A stretch of DNA of 64,000 nt from an uncultured bacterium (GTDB taxonomy: Bacteria > Oederibacteriota > JAAXVQ01 > JAUVAV01), in assembly GCA_964630235.1 (NCBI GenBank), contig CAZVUO010000001.1, forward strand, positions 127,419 through 191,418. The letters run 5' to 3'. Within the stretch, counting starts at the first letter, position 1; each line of letters starts with the position of its first letter. Of this stretch, positions 62,889-64,000 are shown in pieces. The notes under the pieces were generated by a model. The model saw only the letters and a list, made by a program, of their open reading frames with translations. It was not told the DNA's origin and searched no databases. Both the position numbers and the translations under genes were made by a program.

Positions 62889-63992
62889 TTAGCGCCAGCT
62901 GGGGACCAGGTTGTCGTAGTAACTGCGGGTCAGGTTGCGCACGTGCTGGCCGTCCGCGTCCATCACGAAGATGTTCCAGGCGTTTTCCCATTTCGCCACA
63001 TAGGCGATCAGCGAGCCGTCCGGCGAAAAAATCGGATCGTCCTTGTCGAGGTCGTCCTCGGTAATGCGGTAGTACTTCTGCCAGTTAAGGTCGTAGATAT
63101 ACAGCTGCCGCGTCATGCGGTCCAGGGTATTGGAGGAAAATACCAGCTTGTTGCCCGCCGGCGAGAACACGGGGTCGCCCCGGTAGGTCAGTTCGTCGGT
63201 TTCGATCAGGGGGATGATCTTCCGGTCCCGCAGCTTCATGATGAATATCTCACTGCGGTTGTTCCGGCTCGATTCCAGTGAAATATACTGCCCGTCGGGC
63301 GAGAATCCGTATCCGTGCGTGTGCCCGAAGGTGTTGGTCAGCTGGTGCATCTGGCTGCCGTCCGCGCTGATCATGCCCGCTTCCGCCGTGCCGTCGCGGT
63401 GGAGGGTATACAGCAAGAACCGGTTGTCCGGACTCCAGAAAGGATTGGTCTTGTCGCCCGGGCCGTCGGTAACCTGCCGGACCGCGCGGGCGGCCAGGTC
63501 CATCACATAGATCTGATAGGTGGTGCTGCGGTTGGAGGAAAATGCGAGCCGCTGGCCGTCGTAGGAAAGATGGGGGTCCCGGTCAAAGGCCTCCGACTCC
63601 AACAGGCGTTCGCAATTGCTGCCGTCGGCATCCATGATGTAGAGCTGGTAATGACGCCCGTCCGCACGGTTGGAGGTGAAGGCGATCTTGCGCAAAATGC
63701 CGCCGCCGGCCGGCGTGGGCGTGGGCATGGGTGTGGGTTGCATAACCGGAAACACCGGCCTTTCGGCCAGATAGAGCGTTTTCGGCTGGGCCAGAATCCG
63801 CGGCAAGGGCGCCACCGCGGCTGAAAGCACTGGCTCCGCGGCTGACAGGACTTCCAGGGAGGTGGTCAAAGTCGCGGTGGGACGATAGCCGAAGATAAAG
63901 ATCAAAATCAAAACCAGCAGCGCCAGCAAGGTGACGCTTTTTAAGAAGGTTCCTTCATCATCAATGAAAGATGAGACGAACCAGCTTTTCAA
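62889..63992 (-). CDS. TolB-like WD40/PD40 beta-propeller periplasmic protein
   Basis: N-terminal signal anchor then repeated ...YQLYIMDADGSN..RL...DRDPHLSYDGQRLAFSSNR... PD40 repeats. Confidence 0.75.
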   Translation of the reverse strand: MKSWFVSSFIDDEGTFLKSVTLLALLVLILIFIFGYRPTATLTTSLEVLSAAEPVLSAAVAPLPRILAQPKTLYLAERPVFPVMQPTPMPTPTPAGGGILRKIAFTSNRADGRHYQLYIMDADGSNCERLLESEAFDRDPHLSYDGQRLAFSSNRSTTYQIYVMDLAARAVRQVTDGPGDKTNPFWSPDNRFLLYTLHRDGTAEAGMISADGSQMHQLTNTFGHTHGYGFSPDGQYISLESSRNNRSEIFIMKLRDRKIIPLIETDELTYRGDPVFSPAGNKLVFSSNTLDRMTRQLYIYDLNWQKYYRITEDDLDKDDPIFSPDGSLIAYVAKWENAWNIFVMDADGQHVRNLTRSYYDNLVPSWR

Positions 63993-64000
63993 ATGGTTCC

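Overview
This is a high-GC (~65%) bacterial chromosomal segment, apparently from a Gram-negative (diderm) organism: it encodes an outer-membrane beta-barrel protein, a TolB-like protein, FtsEX, an O-antigen-ligase-like protein and MltG. Almost all genes lie on the minus strand (8.6-41.3 kb and 47.5-64 kb), which suggests a single replichore. Most of the content is core housekeeping:
- partial gltX, dnaE, guaBA, groESL with a CIRCE operator, an FtsH-like protease, rsmI, nadE, dusB, tsaD, ruvX, alaS, recX, fmt-def and priA;
- a cell-envelope remodeling supercluster running ftsE-ftsX-envC-like M23-ctpA, then csaB and a large membrane protein, then mltG;
- a parA-parB-M23 peptidase-bactofilin operon;
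- an unannotated RNase P RNA (rnpB) on the minus strand that the ORF track cannot see.

I found no CRISPR arrays, tRNAs, transposases, integrases, restriction-modification systems or obvious toxin-antitoxin pairs. The accessory-looking content is:
1. A 36.8-45.7 kb block of four secreted proteins that share a C-terminal sorting-type domain of the kind seen on T9SS/Por cargo. They are two tandem paralogs with an uncharacterised N-terminal domain, an S8 subtilase, and a 1408-aa FG-GAP beta-propeller giant. The last two form a strikingly AT-rich islet (~40-50% GC) in an otherwise ~65% GC genome.
2. A pair of ~125-nt GC-rich hairpin elements in inverted orientation, bracketing the parAB-bactofilin-yifB segment.
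3. A dispersed family of tandem TG(C/T)TCAA octamer arrays sitting at gene 3' ends.
4. A response regulator-TPM-LemA module with a nested-palindrome spacer.
5. A secreted protein built from an internal ~150-aa duplication, next to the outer-membrane and TolB-like genes.

No classical defense system is evident. The most novel-looking material is the CTD-tagged secreted-protein block and the repeat families.
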